From Planctomycetota bacterium (GTDB lineage: Bacteria; Planctomycetota; Planctomycetia; Pirellulales; UBA1268): 50,986 nt of DNA. The position numbers and the translations under genes are program-made. The stretch is from positions 1 through 50,986 of the forward strand of contig QWPN01000116.1 in the NCBI GenBank assembly GCA_003671185.1, given 5' to 3'. The stretch's first letter is position 1, and each line of letters opens with the position of its first letter. Of the stretch, positions 50,306-50,986 are shown in pieces. The notes under the pieces are model-generated. The model saw only the letters and a program-made list of their open reading frames with translations. It was not told the DNA's origin and made no database searches.

Positions 50306-50503
50306 ATGCGTACGGTTATCCTTCTCGGGCTCGTGGTGGGCGGACTGGTCGTGGCAGGCGCGATCCACATCACGCAGTCGGGCGATCACATCGAGATTTC
50401 TGTCGATAAGCAGAAGGTGGAGGCCGTGGCCGGCCAGGCCATTCGCGAGGGCGAAACGATCTTGCGGAATGCCGCCGCCCAAAACGCAACCCAGGCCAAG
50501 TGA
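50306..50503 (+). CDS. Small hypothetical protein with N-terminal TM/signal
   Basis: AAGGGG RBS; MRTVILLGLVVGGLVVAG. Confidence 0.55.
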   Translation: MRTVILLGLVVGGLVVAGAIHITQSGDHIEISVDKQKVEAVAGQAIREGETILRNAAAQNATQAK

Positions 50504-50511
50504 TTCGCCAT

Positions 50512-50985
50512 TCAGCGTTTGAACCGGTGCACGGGCTCGACGAGCGCGAGCCCGTGCACCCTGTATTCGGCGCCGGATCGCGTGTCGAAGCACTGTCGGC
50601 GGCTGCGAAGACGCCGTGCCGCGCGGAACACGGCCCCCGTCTCAATGCGAAAGAGTGCGCCCTCGGCAAGGTCTTCCACTCGCGCCCGGCCTGCGACTGG
50701 GGCATCGTAGCGGGCCAGCGTTAACAGCAGCGTGCGGTCGCTGCAGGTGGCGGCGCGAGGGCTTTGCAATGACCGCGACAGGGCGAACGCCACGTCGTCG
50801 GGAAGCACGCCAGCCGACACCACCGGCTCGATCATGCCGGCGAAGGCCCGCTGCCACTCCGGCCCGTGAGGCCGCAGGCGCCGCCGCAGGCCGCGGTGCG
50901 CGTCCCAGGCCGCTGCATGGGCAAGTTCGTGGAGCAGCGTCGTCAGAAATGCATAAGGGTTGAGGTCCTCATTGATGGAGATGCG
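50512..50985 (-). CDS. SprT-like zinc metalloprotease (5' partial)
   Basis: RISINEDLNPYAFLTTLLHELAH (HExxH) and PHGPEW read from the window end. Confidence 0.8.
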   Translation of the reverse strand, partial: RISINEDLNPYAFLTTLLHELAHAAAWDAHRGLRRRLRPHGPEWQRAFAGMIEPVVSAGVLPDDVAFALSRSLQSPRAATCSDRTLLLTLARYDAPVAGRARVEDLAEGALFRIETGAVFRAARRLRSRRQCFDTRSGAEYRVHGLALVEPVHRFKR

Positions 50986-50986
50986 G

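Noticed and set aside
1-50986. tRNA/rRNA genes, prophage or anti-phage defence genes
   Set aside because: None recognised by eye; tRNAscan, Rfam and DefenseFinder runs would be needed to exclude them formally.

Overview
High-GC bacterial window that looks planctomycete (DUF1559 prepilin-like gene, Fae, PQQ-type beta-propeller, planctomycete-type IS4). From left to right: a partial ActP-like solute:sodium symporter; a CP-ATP-grasp / alpha-E / transglutaminase operon ending in a glutaminase-STAS-cNMP gene, with a divergent Anbu protease; an oleA-oleBC(fused)-oleD olefin cluster with a divergent sulfotransferase; an accessory block (~16.3-30.3 kb); then mostly housekeeping genes (rnc, HtrA, pdxJ, alkaline phosphatase, ppc, pfk, rhodanese, IS4 remnant, rhaA, fae-like, cyclase, secreted proteins, partial SprT). 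The accessory block holds an IS630, a decayed DUF1559 gene, an orphan chemoreceptor, two families of miniature repeat elements and the best candidate for an undescribed system. That candidate is a ferrosome(fez)-like operon (20.6-28.9 kb): an intact CPC-less P1B-type ATPase translationally coupled to a full-length paralogue that has lost its catalytic motifs, plus an EcsC-like protein, several small membrane proteins and an upstream perfect 9-1-9 palindrome. Other notable points are an apparently circularly permuted alkaline phosphatase, a CTAG-bounded mini-element found at stop codons, and a secreted repeat protein with no acidic residues. All calls come from reading motifs by eye; no database searches were run.
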